Shown piece by piece: positions 48,400 to 61,700 of a stretch of 64,000 bases of DNA. Source of the stretch: Gracilinanus agilis (Eukaryota); NCBI RefSeq assembly GCF_016433145.1, contig NC_058130.1, forward strand, positions 689,082,349 through 689,146,348, written 5' to 3'. A model generated the notes under the pieces. The model was not told the origin of the DNA, ran no database searches, and saw only the letters and a program-made list of their open reading frames with translations. Both the position numbers and the translations under genes were made by a program. The stretch's first letter is position 1. Every line of letters starts with the position of its first letter.

Positions 48400-49040
48400 T
48401 TTTGATCAATCCTCCTTAAAGTCTTTTCCCACTCCAGTTTATCCTCTACTCAATTATTCTTCCTTAAGCTCTAGTCTGGCCATGTCACCCCCTCCTTATA
48501 CATTAAACACCATTGACTTCCTATCACCTCCAGGATCAAGTATAAAATCCCCTGTCATTTAAAGCCTTTAATAATCTGACCCCTTTTTACTTTTCCAGTC
48601 TTCTTAGTCTTAGTCTTTTTAGTCTTCCTGACTCGCTATGTATTTAGTGATCCCTCTATATTATTCCTCACACAAGAAACTCTATCTCCTGAGTGTGCAT
48701 TTTTATTATTTGTCTCCCATACCCAGAATTCTCTTCCTCCTTATTTTCACCCCCTAGCTTCCCTGGTTTCCTTCAAGTACGATCTAAAATCTCAATTTGC
48801 ACAAGAAGTCTTTTCCTGATACAACTTAACGCTAGTGCCTTTCTTCTGTTTATTATTTCCAATTTATCACATATATGCATGTGTATGTATATATATATAT
48901 ATATGTTATTACTTTGCATGTTATCTCCTTTATAATCTATAAACCCTTGAGAATCAACATTATCTTTAGACTTATTTTTTATTCCCACTATTTATACAGT
49001 TCCTGGCACATTGTTGGTGATTAACAAGTGCTTGTTGACT
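48400..49040 (+). mobile_element. L2 LINE 3' fragment
   Basis: tctggccatgtcacccc...cctccaggatcaagtataaaatcc body and tail cctggcacattgttggtgattaacaagtgcttgttgactga. Confidence 0.75.
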
Positions 49041-50124
49041 GAGTATCTATGTGAAAAAGCCAATGGGCACATTATATAATCATCTTCTTTGTCAGGAAAC
49101 TGAGGACAAGGGGACAATAATTTACTCAAGGTCATAAAGCTAATTTAATGGAAATGGAACATGTTACATTTCTCTATCTCTTTAGAGGTGCAAAACACTT
49201 TATAAACATTATCCCCTTTGATACTAAGAACAATCCTTTTAGATAGGAAGGACACATATCATTCCTATATTAATTATGGGGATGAAGACTCATCAAAAAG
49301 GGTGATGTGGTATAAAGAACAATGTCATTGAAGTCTACTTCACCATACTTCATTGTTCTTTGTAAGATGTTTCCTTAAAGTGATGGCAGAGTTATTTTTA
49401 GCAAACATAGCAGAACCAAGTCAAATAAATGAGCATGCCTTGTTTCATAATAGAACCTTGGGGAGACTATACACTTATTCCAATTAGTCCACCATTGCTC
49501 AAAACATGTCTGGAAGGTCTATGGGGACACCCTTCAGAGATGGCATATCATTCTCTGCAGTAATAGCAAATATTTGTCCTTTAAGAATGACTTTAACTTC
49601 TTCTGAGTCCAATTTATTTAATGAAGAGTCAAAAGAACAAGGAAAAACAAGATAATGATTTTGGTAAAAAAAAGTAATTGTAATATAAAATATTGAAAAT
49701 TATTTTCTTGTTCATTTGGAGCCTCTAACTGTAAAATTCTGTGATTCTGAGTAGCTTCTTAATTTAAGGTCATATCAAAAGATCCTTTTTCCAAAGATGA
49801 CTAGTAGAAAAGAGAGATAACTAACATGTGGCCACAAAGATGGAGGATATTTAATCTAATATTGATCTTTTGAACTTCTCCCAAATAAGAATTTTGTACA
49901 AATAGGAAGCAATTGCAGCTATCTCCATAGGCATCATGAATACTAATGAGATAATCATCTGATGCACTGAAAATAGTCATGTAACTCCTAATGTCTTTCT
50001 CTCATAGGCTCCATCTTCTGGCAGAGCTTTGTTCTGGTCCCATTCAGCAATTCCTTTGCTGCTCTCTGTCTGCCTGACTTTCTCTCTCATCTCTCTCTGT
50101 CTTTCCCCATTTGTGTATATGTGT

Positions 50125-50158
<34 letters not shown>

Positions 50159-50454
50159 TATGTAGCTCCAACAACTTTGGAGGAAAGGTTATTGACTTCC
50201 AGATTAAATTAATCCTCTTCCTCCTGAAGTCAATTGGGACCAAGACTGAGACTAATGAAAAGTGAATTCTCCTCCATGGGAGGATGATAAAATAGATTCG
50301 AGGCCTAACCAACCCAATCCAATAATTCAATCCAATAAATATGTATTAAATGTCTACTATGTAGTAATGTTCTAAATGTGTACTAATGTACTAATATGTA
50401 CTAAATGTGCCAAGCACTGGAGGATGTAATTAATTTTTAAAAAAACATATACCT

Positions 50455-50653
50455 GGGGCAGCTGGGTAGCTCAGTGGAGTGAGAGTCAGGCCTAGAGACA
50501 GGAGGTCCTAGGTTCAAACCCGGCCTCAGCCACTTCCCAGCTGTGTGACCCTGGGCAAGTCACTTGACCCCCATTGCCCACCCTTACCAATCTTCCACCT
50601 ATGAGACAATACACCGAAGTACAAGGGTTAAAAAAACAAACAAACAAACAAAC
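50455..50653 (+). mobile_element. Young SINE1_Mdo-type SINE
   Basis: Full head to tail with retained CpG (acccggcc), (CAAA)n tail and perfect 13-bp TSD aaaacatatacct. Confidence 0.93.
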
Positions 50654-50689
50654 AAAACATATACCTTCCCTCAAAATGATTACAGTCTG

Positions 50690-50890
50690 GGAGCAGCTGG
50701 ATAGCTCAATGGATTGAGAGTCAGGCCTAGAGACAGGAGATTCTAGGATCAAATCTTACCTCAGATACTTCCTAGTTGTGTGACCCTGGGCAAGTCTCTT
50801 AATCCCCATTGCCTAGCCCTTACTGCTCTTCTGCCTTGGAGACAATACACAGTATTGACTCCAAGATGGAAGGTGAGGGTTTTAAAAAAA
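50690..50890 (+). mobile_element. Older SINE1/SINE2-type SINE
   Basis: gggagcagctggatagctcaatggattgagagtcagg...gtattgactccaagatggaaggtgagggttttaaaaaaa. Confidence 0.88.
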
Positions 50891-51033
50891 TGTTCAAAAT
50901 CTAATGGTTGAGACAATATACAAAAGGAGATAGGAAAAGGGAAAGTGGAGGATGGGGTGGGGATGGACATGGGGGGCACCTTGTTATATGGAATAGAAAC
51001 TTGATAGGCTAACTGATGAAACATAATCTAAGA

Positions 51034-51548
51034 CAGTGATGGCAAAACTATAGTACACGTGCCAAAGATGGCATGCAGAGCACTCTCTGTGAGCATGTTA
51101 CTCCCCTCCCCTCCAACCCACCAGAATTCGTTACTAGAAACATAGAGGGACTTGGTTGGAGGTGCTCCCTTCCCCTCTCCACCACAACTAATGACATTTT
51201 TTTTCACTTCCTCTCTACCCAACAGCCTAATGGGTACTCACAGGAGGTAAGGTGGGCAGCTCACAAGCAGCAGAGCTGGGGGGAGCAGAGCACTTGGGCC
51301 ACTCCCCTACCCACCTCTACACTCACTGAGGACATTCTTTATTTCATACCACCCTCCACCTAGTAGCCCAATGGGAGTACTTCCTCCCTCCCCTGTGTAG
51401 GGTAAGGATTTGTGGGCAGGGAGCACTTGGCACTCTGTGCAGGGGAAAGGCACAGTACATGGCCTCTGGTGGGGCAGGCACAACACTCAGTTTGGGGAGT
51501 AGGGTGAGGGGGGAGCTGACACTGTCTCAAAAAGGTTCACCATCACTG
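51034..51548. mobile_element. hAT non-autonomous element, 515 bp
   Basis: TIRs cagtgatggcaaaact / aggttcaccatcactg; degenerate 8-bp TSD atctaaga / atgtaagt (6/8). Confidence 0.85.
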
Positions 51549-53262
51549 ATGTAAGTGTTTAGTTCTACCCTGAATAAAGAAAGACATTGGTGGAATTTGG
51601 AACTCCATTCCCCAGCTCTCCAAATAGAGGGGAAAAGAGACTGAAGAAGATGCTACCAATCAAATCTCTGGTGTAATTTTCATTAAAGGAGAAATGATTG
51701 ATGCAGAAATAAAAGAGGAAAAAAGACTGATATTGCCAAATATCTTAGAAAAAAGAAAACCCAGATAAAAATCTTGAGTACAAGTGTTTGAACCAGTAGC
51801 AAAGAAGGGGGAATTGCCTCCAGAATATCTAGATCGGTCTACAAATCCCTGAATAAATATCATGAGACAATGTAAAATGGATCAACAACTTATGAGATAG
51901 AAGCTCCCAAGAAGTTCCAAAAGAGCATGGAAACACAGCAGGACATTCCTGAATGACTTAAGAGAGAAATAATTCATGAAAAAGCCATTTATAACTTATG
52001 TAAAAGAAAGAATTAACATAATATAAAAGCTTGCAGATCTGGTGGCAAATTTCACCAAAAGAAACAAATATAGACCAGTTGATTACGAATGTAAATGCAC
52101 AGAGATGAAGGGCAATCTGGAAGAAGTAAAATGAAAAACAATTTTAAAAAATTATTTTTATGCAAGTAAAATCTATGATCTTGAAAACAAGACTGATAGG
52201 GACAATTTAGGATCAAATTTAGGATACTAGAAACCATACTTTAAAATGAAAAACAATTTTTTAAAAAGTGGCAATGATGCCAGATCTACAAGGCAATAAG
52301 AAAAGAACTATTGAGAAGAGAAAACTCAAAATAGGTACCTAAGAAGCTGTAATTCCATATCATATTGAATGTGGTTAAAGATTAATGGAGGACAATATTG
52401 TCCTGAGAGTTTATTACAAACTACTAGAAAAGAAAGAAAATGAAAGTACATGTTAAACTTAGGAATCATATCACAACTGCTGGCCTCCCTGATGTTCTTT
52501 GCACAAAATATTTCATCTTCTGTCTCTGGGAATTTGTCACTGGCTGTCTCCCATGCCTGGTATTCTCTCTCTCCTCATTTCTGTCTGCTGGGTTTGCTAT
52601 CTTCCTTCAAATCTGAGTTAAAATCCTATTGTGTAAGAAGCCTTTCCCAATTTCCCTGATTTCTAGTGCCTTCTCTGTATTGATTAATTTATCCCCTATA
52701 AAACTTGTTGGTATATAATTGTTTGTATGTTGTCTCCCTCATTAGACTGTGAGCTTCTTTATGGTCAGGGTTGTCTTTTTGTTTTCCTTATATTCCCAGT
52801 ACTTAGCATATTGCTTGGCACTAGGTGCCTAATAAATGTTTATATTCTGATTGACACAAAATGCAGTTTAGTGATATTAAAGGCCTCAATTATATAGCCT
52901 TATTCTAAAGAATTCTTTCCCTCTCCTAAAAACAGAGCATCTAATACTTTATTAAGTCATTTTAAGGATAATACTGTAAAAGTTAGAAGAAATGCTACAT
53001 TGAACTTAATTCTCAGAAAAAAAATAATTAGATACTAAAACTGAAACAATGGGAATTTGGGGGGAAATTGTACACTTTTTCATGGAATTTGCTTTCACTT
53101 TTTCATGGGACTTGCTTTCAGTTTCTGTCTCTGTCTCTTTCTCCCTCTCTATTTAATTTTATTTAGTTGATTTGTTTATTTATTCATTTACCTCTTTAAT
53201 CATTTATTTGTTCATTCCCTCATTCTTCCAATAATTCAATCATCCTTCTATCCATGCAGCTA

Positions 53263-53270
53263 TCTATCTG

Positions 53271-53309
<39 letters not shown>

Positions 53310-53310
53310 G
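53263..53310. repeat. (TATC)n microsatellite
   Basis: Direct reading. Confidence 0.9.
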
Positions 53311-53778
53311 TCTGTCTGCTGTCAGTCTGTCTCTCTGTCACTTTACTTATTCCCTGTTCAAACTCTCTCATTAGGACTTCATAGTACTGCTGATTCCAGT
53401 ATTCACTATATTAATGATGATGAATGATCAACTCGTCTAACTGCAGCCCTAAACCTGCCTCAATCTCCTTTGTTAAAGAAATCAAAAAAGTGCATAACCT
53501 TACCAGGACTGTTTCTTGCAATAAAGATGCAGTAAAGAAACAAAGAAAACCAGGTCTGGTGAAGACATGTACCTTAGAAGAGAGAACAGAATTCAAGACT
53601 TTCATAGAAAGGATGTATGAGATACATTTATCTTATCTGTTAAATGTGAATTTAGACTATGAGGGATAGCAAGCATTCAAAATTGAAATTTTGAAATTTC
53701 AGTTTTCAAAATTGAAATAATAAAGTCTAAAGATGGGAAAAGAAATAAGGAGGAAATGGAGAAGCTGAATAAAAAGAC

Positions 53779-53779
<1 letters not shown>

Positions 53780-53819
<40 letters not shown>
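53780..53819. repeat. (TA)n microsatellite
   Basis: Direct reading. Confidence 0.95.
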
Positions 53820-53821
<2 letters not shown>

Positions 53822-54164
53822 AAGGAAACTCATTAAAATGGAATTTTTTAATATCTACAGAAGATCAGAAGATGTAAATAATAGCAGGTAACATGATGAA
53901 TACAAAACCTTTAATGTGACATGTGCTTGTAATGTAATTATCAAGAAAATTGAAGTTAAAAATGATCTAAGACTTAGAAGTAGTGATAAGGACAACAAAA
54001 AATAGGTATTTGTTTTGGCTGTTTATAAACTATATTAAAAATAAAAGAAGATGATGAAAAATGGACAGAACTGTGAACTAAACAGGTAATAAAAGACTAG
54101 TTTACTTTTTAAAAAGTCATATATTTTTAAAAATAGATTTTTCAGGATTAGTAGATTAAGCATA

Positions 54165-54270
54165 AAAGCATAGATTTATTTTGCCTAGGTTTCACAGAAG
54201 CATTTGACAAAATTCTCCATGATATTCTTTTGATAAAGAGATGTGGGTGAGATATAATCAAGTATGCAAA
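54165..54270 (+). mobile_element. L3/CR1 RT fragment
   Basis: ttgcctaggtttcacagaagcatttgacaaaattctccatgatatt corresponds to the YLDF.KAFDK..HDIL CR1 RT motif. Confidence 0.6.
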
Positions 54271-55329
54271 CTTGTAGTCATCTTGTACTCCTATCTATCT
54301 ATATACACCACATTCAATCAGTTTCCAAATTTAGCCATTGTTTCTCCCATAAAATATATTTTTCTACTCCCTTAAATGATCAAGGAGATATATGTTCATA
54401 ACTATGATTTACAGTCTCAATACTATTTCCTAGTCTATTGCAATTAACTACTAAATGAATTCCCTTCTTCCAACATCTATCTGTTCCAATATATACTAAG
54501 AACTTCCAAAATATTGTACCAAAACTCACTATGCATACATGTACTCAAGAATCTCCACTGGTTACCTACTGCCAACATGACAAAAACAAAACAAAAACTC
54601 TTTAGCTGGTTGTTAAAAAATTAAGAAACAACAAAAACATGTTTAAAGGACTTTGATATTTACATTACAATCATAGGAAAATAGAATCCTAAATCTATAG
54701 CAGGGGAGAACTTTAAAGATTCCAATTCCGCTCCTTAATTTTACAGAGGAAGAAATGAAGGTCCAGAGAAGTTAGCTAATTTGACAAGGTTGCTTCTTTT
54801 TCTAATCACTTCTCCCCACATTATCTTACAAATTGAAACCTTCCTCATGAGAAAGAAGCAAAAAAGCACACGTTTAAACAAATAAACCTAATACAAAAAC
54901 TGTGTGTAAATAGTATAAAAATAGTCTTACCTATTAGATTCCATCTTTTCTCTCTGCTAAAAAGCAAGAAGTATGTTTTATTATCTTTATCACAGGAACA
55001 GAAATTCATCTTTCAATTCATCTTTCATAAACTCCATGTTTAACTTCCTAGGATGATCTTTCATTTGTACAATTATAGTCAATGTGTATATTGTTCTTTT
55101 GGTATTTCCATTTATTTGCTACCAGAGAAAGTGTCGCCATGAATATTTTAATATATTTGTTCTTCAGTTTCTGGCTTTGACCTCCTCGAATCTAATTGGA
55201 TTTGGGGAATGTATTAGTCTTCCCCACTACTTAGTGGAGCCAGAGGCCAAACTGAAAGCTTAATTTCATAATGGTATATGAATGAATGGAATATTATTGT
55301 GTTATAAGAAACAATGAAAGAATGCTGAG

Positions 55330-55525
55330 AGGGGCAGTTAGGTGGTTCAGTTGGATAGAGAGCCAGAAGGTCCTCAGTTAAAATCTGACCTCAGATTCTT
55401 CCTACCTGTGTGGCCTTGGGCAAGGCACTTAATGCAATTGCCTATCCCTAAACATTCTTCTGCCTTGTAACCAATACTTAGTATCAATTCCAAGCAGAAG
55501 GTAAGGGTTAAAAAAAAAAAAAAAA
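55330..55525 (+). mobile_element. Older marsupial SINE inserted in an old L1 fragment
   Basis: ggggcagttaggtggttcagttggatagagagccag...gtatcaattccaagcagaaggtaagggtt plus poly-A. Confidence 0.8.
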
Positions 55526-57502
55526 GAACTGATGATGAATGAACAGAAACATGAAAATAATTTATAAAATGATTATAATATTATAAAAGAAAACAATTGT
55601 GAAAGTCTTAAGCACTGTAATGCCATGATCAATCATTCAATCATGACTTGAGAAGATTAACAAGGATGACATCCCATCTCATATCAGAGAGGTCAGGGAC
55701 TAGAAATATAGAAAACGATATACATTCTAAAACTTGGGCGGTCTATCAGTCAGTCAATCAATAAATTTTGCACTCCTCTTAAGTGCTAGACACTATATGA
55801 CCTGTATTACTATCTAGCAAGGAGACTGAGAAAGAGCAGGCTGATAGGTAGGAGGAGAATCAGGAAGAGAAATATGGACAGTAGTGATCAGGAATTGGGT
55901 TTGAATACAGGGTATTTTGAGGATGGGATACTTACAGAATATTTGTAGATAGAGAAGTGGCCAGTAGACAGGGAGATATTGAAAATAAGTGTGAAGGTAG
56001 AAATGGGAGCAAGGGTAATCTGCTAGAAAAGAAAGAATGTGGAAGAGTCTACCTTGGCAACAAGACCCCCTTCTTCCTCTGCAACTAGAATGAAGGAAAA
56101 GTAGAGAGCAGAAGTCATCTTTATGATATAAACTGATTAGGAAGGGAGAAGAGAGAGCCCTTAATGACTGGACTCATGATCTAGGGACTGTTTGTTGTAA
56201 CTCCACTTATTTGTTACAAAAGTGAATTTTATTGGGGTTAGAAAATAGAGAGTTTAGTGATATAAAAAGGAAGAAAAAGATGTTATCAAACTTTCAACAT
56301 AAATATAAGATACAGCAAAATTCATAAGGGGGCACACAAATAGGGCAATGTTGGAACTACCATATGAAATTTGAAATGTGAAAAAAAGATTAAATGTAGT
56401 GAAGTTTTATATTTAGGGTTATGTTTGTGATTTTTAAAATACCAAAATTTATAATAATTAAAAGGAATACAAAAGGAAAACCAAAGGAATACAAAAGGAA
56501 AACCAAAAAAGAATGTTATAGCAATCCTTAAACTCAGACATGCAGAGGTAGATCTACCCACAGGCACAGAATGAGAGGGTGAATTCTTCAGGTCAATTTT
56601 TTTTTTTAATCAAATGATAGGGGCAGGAAAAGAGTAGATCAGTGTTAGGAATGGGGGGAGTGATAATGAACAAAAAAACATCAGGAACATTAAAAAATAA
56701 CTAATATAAATAAGCGTATGCACACACATATCTATATATCTATGTCTATTCCTATTTTATCACCATAATTTATAGCAAAAACATGTACATAATAAGCAAG
56801 TGGATATATAAGTGGCATAATAGAATTTAACTAGTATAATTCTTAGCAAGATCTGTTTATCTACTTACCTGATAGTAGACAAAGAGTATTTCACAGAATT
56901 CTATAATTAGAAGGGACTTTATTTACCTTCTAATATATACCATGCCAGAAAAAATACACACATACACACATATAGCATTATATAGATTTTTTACATTTTA
57001 AGGTAATGCAAATATCTCTTAGATTTTTTTATATTTTAAAATTATACAAATATCCTTATTTGGGTTAAATTAATAAATATCCCTAGCTATTTTCTCAGTA
57101 AGAATAAGTTACCTTAGTTTGTTGTTGTTGTTGTTGTTTTAATTGAAAATGCTAATTCTCTCTTGTCTTATCCTGGAGAAGCAAAACTGAATTGAATTGA
57201 ATCAGTTGATTATCATAGAAGCTTTTGTCAGTCTGTTCCTCAGGGAACTGTCTTAAGCAACTAAAAATTTCTTAACAAACAGAAAAGACATGTGGTTTTC
57301 ATTGCTGCTATTTTGAAAGGCCAGGTGGTTCTGGCATTTATAAAGAAGATCCCATAATTTGCAATTGGATGAAAAATAGATTAACTTGAGAAGTTTTCTT
57401 TATTCATTATCTCAAGGTCTATTTTTTTGATCTGGAATGTAGACTTCAACCACTCTCTAGGAATGACATTTTAAAGCCATAAAGATCACATTGTATAAGC
57501 TG

Positions 57503-58177
57503 GATTTTTTTTTTAATTTTATTTTTTTAGAAAAATTTTCCATGGTTACATGATTCAAGTTCTTACTTTCCCCTTCACCTCCCCCCCAATACCCCTCCCA
57601 TGCCAATGTGCATTTCCACTGGTTTTAACATGTGTCATCAATGAAGACCTATTTCCCTATTATTGATAGTTGTACTAGGGTGTTCCCTTCGAGTTTACAT
57701 CCCCAATCATATCCTCATCAACCCATGTGTTCAAGCTGTTGTTTTTCTTCTGTGTTTCTACTCCTGCAGTTCTTCCTCTGAATGTGGATATTGTTCTTTT
57801 CCATAAATCCCTCAGAATTGTCCTGACACATTGCATTGCTGTTAGTACAGAAGTCCATTACATTCGATTTTGCCACAGTGTATCAGTCTCTGTGTACAAT
57901 GTTCTTCTGGCTCTGCTCCTTTCACTCTGCATCAATTCCTGGAGGTCTTTCCAGTTCACATGGAATTCCTCCAGTTTATTATTCCTTTGAGCACAATAGT
58001 ATTCCATCACCAACAGATACCACAATTTGTTTAGCCAGTCCCCAATTGAAGGGCATACTTTTGTTTTCCAGTTTTTTGCCACCACAAAGAATATGGCTAT
58101 AAATATTTGTGTAAAAGTCTTTTCCCTCATGATCTCTTTGGGGGTACAAACCCAAAAATGGTATGGCTGGATCAAAG
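57503..58177 (-). mobile_element. 5'-truncated L1 (675 bp)
   Basis: ORF2 C-terminal peptide FDPAIPFLGLYP...KTFTQIFIAIFFVVAKNWK and 3'UTR; perfect 10-bp TSD gtataagctg (57493-57502, 58178-58187). Confidence 0.93.
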
Positions 58178-58954
58178 GTATAAGCTGCATTTTTAATGCT
58201 TTTTATTTGGAGGAATCTCACATCTATGAGATGTATCAGCAGATTACTTTAAAAGGCTAGAAAAGGCCAACGAATTCAGGAGTATATTTCAAGTAGTAGG
58301 TTAAAAAGTATGAATTATTTAGCCACTTTTTACTTCATACTAGCATCTTTTTTTATGAAACTTTTTTGATTCCTCATCATCTTTATTTCTAAAAATAGCA
58401 CTGCTTCTTTCTTACTGGGAGTTTTTATGCAAAAAAAAAGAATTTTCTAAAAAATAAGGTAAAAAATTCCATTCAGCAACAACAGTCAACCCTTCTCCCA
58501 AATAGACCATCCTCTGTACTTATTTTCTTTTTTCTTTTCTCATTTCCCTCTTGGTTTCACTCATTTGGATTTCTTTGGACAGCTCTATCATGTCCCCACC
58601 CAAAATACCTTCCTTCCTCCCACCTTGAGCTTCCCTTTTTAAAATTGTATTTTCAATTCATACTGTAAACTTCTTGGGGAATAAAACTTCTATTTTTTGT
58701 ATTTGTATCTGTATATGTATATGTACATATATGTCATACATATATATATGTGTAGAAAGGAAAATAGATAGTCATAGATAAATAAATAGAAGGATAGACG
58801 GATGGATAATAAAATGGCCAAAGGTCTGCATACTATGCCATGTGGAGGAATTAGGAATGTTTAGCATGGAGAAAAAAAAACATAACAATAGTTACGTGTA
58901 TAGTTCTACATATATACAGGCACATATATTGAGAGGAAGAAAGAGAGAGGAGAA

Positions 58955-58987
58955 AAGAACAAGAACAAGAACAAGAACAAGAACAAG
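58955..58987. repeat. (AGAACA)n hexanucleotide repeat
   Basis: Direct reading. Confidence 0.9.
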
Positions 58988-61363
58988 AGAAGTATTCTTT
59001 CCACATGGTGTGGCACCCCAGTAATCTGAAAAATCTGCAAAAAAAATTTTTGTCCTTCTCTTTGTACCCAGAGGTTTGAAGATGTTTCTTTTTCTTTCAT
59101 GGTGTATTTACAGTACCTTATATGCACTTCTGAGTTACTAAACATTTTAAAGATAGCTCTATATTTGGTATCATCTGCTTGCTTTAATGTTGTTTTCCCA
59201 AAATTTAACTTTTTATCTATTTTAACTTTAAAAATTAAATTGTGTATATTTATGGCATTAAAAGATAAAACTTATTGATATGTATGATACTATACACATA
59301 TTTTATGCATTTCTGCTTTTCTAATCTTTTTCTTTGTCATCTATTATCCTTCATGTGTTGTTTGCAACTTCTGCAAAACTCTCCCTAAAATTTCCATTTA
59401 ATTTCTCATGCCCAACCATGGCATATTGAAACTATGATGGGTAAAGTTACTAAATTGAAGGGACAATTGTATGTATACACATACACATGTGTCTATGAAG
59501 TATGTATATGCATGCATATATGTATGTGTATATATACATCTATTTAATTTTTCATATAAATTTTTCATATGTATCTAAAACTATAATAAACTTCTTGGGG
59601 CCCTAAGCTATATTTTCCTAGTCATTTTATCACCCTCAGTACATAATAGCTCAGGTCTTTGATAGATATTGGATTTTAAGGTTTACAAAATAGTTTACAT
59701 ATTTTTTCTCAACTAATAATAGTAATTATAGTAATTATCACTTTTATAGTGATGTAAACTTTCCCAAACTCTTTGATTCTTACAATAACCTTGTGAGGTT
59801 AATGTCATCATTTCTATTTTATAGAAGAAGAAAATAAGGTTCATAAGGAGGCAGTGATTTGCCCAGGATGTTACAATTAGTCACACTGACCTTGAAATCT
59901 ATAAGAATCTCCATTGTGCAATAGATAGAAAGGATTCAAATAAAAATAATAATAAAAAAAGATTCTAGTTGCTGATGATTTTTGCTTATTTTATTTAATT
60001 AGGGGAATTTTATTCTTTTCAGCAAAGGAGTAAGTAGCCTTGTTCAGGCTTACAGAAGATGTTTTCAACTATTGTTAAAGGGAGAAATTTATTCTCTCCC
60101 AATGTCTGGATATTTGTTCTCCAATTAATTTCATAAGGAACTCAATACTCTTCTCAGCCTGTTTGATGCCAAAGCAGAAAGACTTCCTGACTGCTCATTG
60201 GAGGAATAAATAGATATTAAACATGTCTGGATAAGTTACTCTTCTGTGCCTCTATGAGCCCTGGATAGTCACAGAAGTAATTTGTCTAAGTCATGGCAAT
60301 TACCTTTAGAAAATAATGTGGGTAATTAGCACTCCATAAAATGATTTCTTGGTGGAGACTCCTAGAAGGATCAATTTGGCCTTGGTTTTTGCTTAAGAGA
60401 AAAGTCAAAAATGTTTATTCTTAGAATAGATGAATCTCACTTGTGCTCATGCTAAGATCTTTTAATTGTTTAGTCTCTAACCCTAGACCTTTAAGAACCT
60501 TATGAAATAAAGAACAAGGCATACATGGAAAAGACTGTCAGGAATTTGGTATCTGAACACAAAAATTATCTATCAGCACAGCCTATGTACCCCCTCCCTA
60601 TCTCTCATTCCTACAGAATGTTAGATTTGGAAAAGAATTTAGAGTTTACCCATTCTAATCCCTTTATTTTACAGATGAGGAAATTAAAACCCCAGGAGAG
60701 GAAACAACTTGCTCCCTGTAATGAGTTTGTAATAGACCTGAGACTAGAACCAAGCTATCCTGAATCCCAATCCAAAATTCTTTTAAAAAATTATATCTAA
60801 ATTTGCCTTTATAACTTTAAAAATAAGAAAACTGAGGCCCAAAGAAATGAATTGACAAGTGGCTTTCTATAATGTGGTTCCATTAACATGTAATGGTAGG
60901 AATAAGAAGAAGCATTTACATGGTATTTTAAGGTTTGCAAAAAACCCAATAAATACAATTTCATGTGAATAGGGAATTATAATCATCATGTGTGTTTCTC
61001 TGTGTCTGTGTGTATGGTTGAATTTATAGAGCACTTTCAAGTTCACAGAACACTTTCCTTAAAGTAACCTATTGAGATCAAGAGATCAAATATAAATATC
61101 TCTATTTTGTAGATGAGAAACCTTGGTCTCAGAGTAGTTACATTAAAGAGTTATTCATTTAATGATGGAATTCAAAATCAAACTGAATCTTCTCTCCAAG
61201 TCCAAAGTTTCTTTCTTTGTAGGATGAGACACTAATAGGTAACTTTTTCTCTAAAGCTTTCCAGATGATTTTCACATTCGCTATCTCATTTGATACTCAC
61301 AACCACCTTATGGGATAGTCAGGGCACAGACTATTATCCTCATTTTTCAGATGAAGAAACTTC

Positions 61364-61700
61364 TGTAACTTGTGGTATTGGAAATTTGGGAGTCCTTGAA
61401 CTAATTTTGAAGTCCCTGATCTAAACTTCCTGTAGACATTTAGGGGTCTTTCAAACTACATTTCCCATGATTCCTGGCTTGTGTATTCACATAGGCAGGA
61501 AGTGTAATCACATAGATAGAAGAATAAATAGTGAGTGACTGGCTGGGCACTTCCTCTTTTGGCAATTTTGGAGCAGAGCCAGGATGGGGAAGGGAGGTGA
61601 CAGGGCTTATCTTTCAAAATGACTCTTATTATGGCACGTGGCTTCATTTTTCTAATGGCTACCAATAAATCCTTTAAAACCCTAATATTTTTAAATTTAT
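61364..61700 (+). mobile_element. Probable LTR inserted in a MIR
   Basis: TGTAAC start right after MIR cagatgaagaaact; aaactacatttcccatg and caggaagtg motifs; AATAAA near 61665; 3' end unclear. Confidence 0.5.

Larger units (their letters stand above)
51640..54130 (+). mobile_element. Fragmented ancient HAL1/L1 ORF1-like element, interrupted by an L2 fragment (about 52460-52850) and microsatellites
   Basis: A-rich body with atctatgatcttgaaaacaagactgatagggacaatttagga (IYDLENK..RDNLR-like ORF1 motif); boundaries uncertain. Confidence 0.4.

Noticed and set aside
52127-52260. 19-bp direct repeat taaaatgaaaaacaatttt about 115 bp apart
   Set aside because: A-rich, inside a decayed LINE-like region, and no inserted element is recognisable between the copies.
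53424-53669. 81-aa lysine-rich ORF
   Set aside because: No recognisable host protein; lies in a region best explained as HAL1/L1 ORF1-like debris.
56461-56504. Perfect 22-bp tandem duplication
   Set aside because: Ordinary slippage in A-rich LINE-derived sequence.
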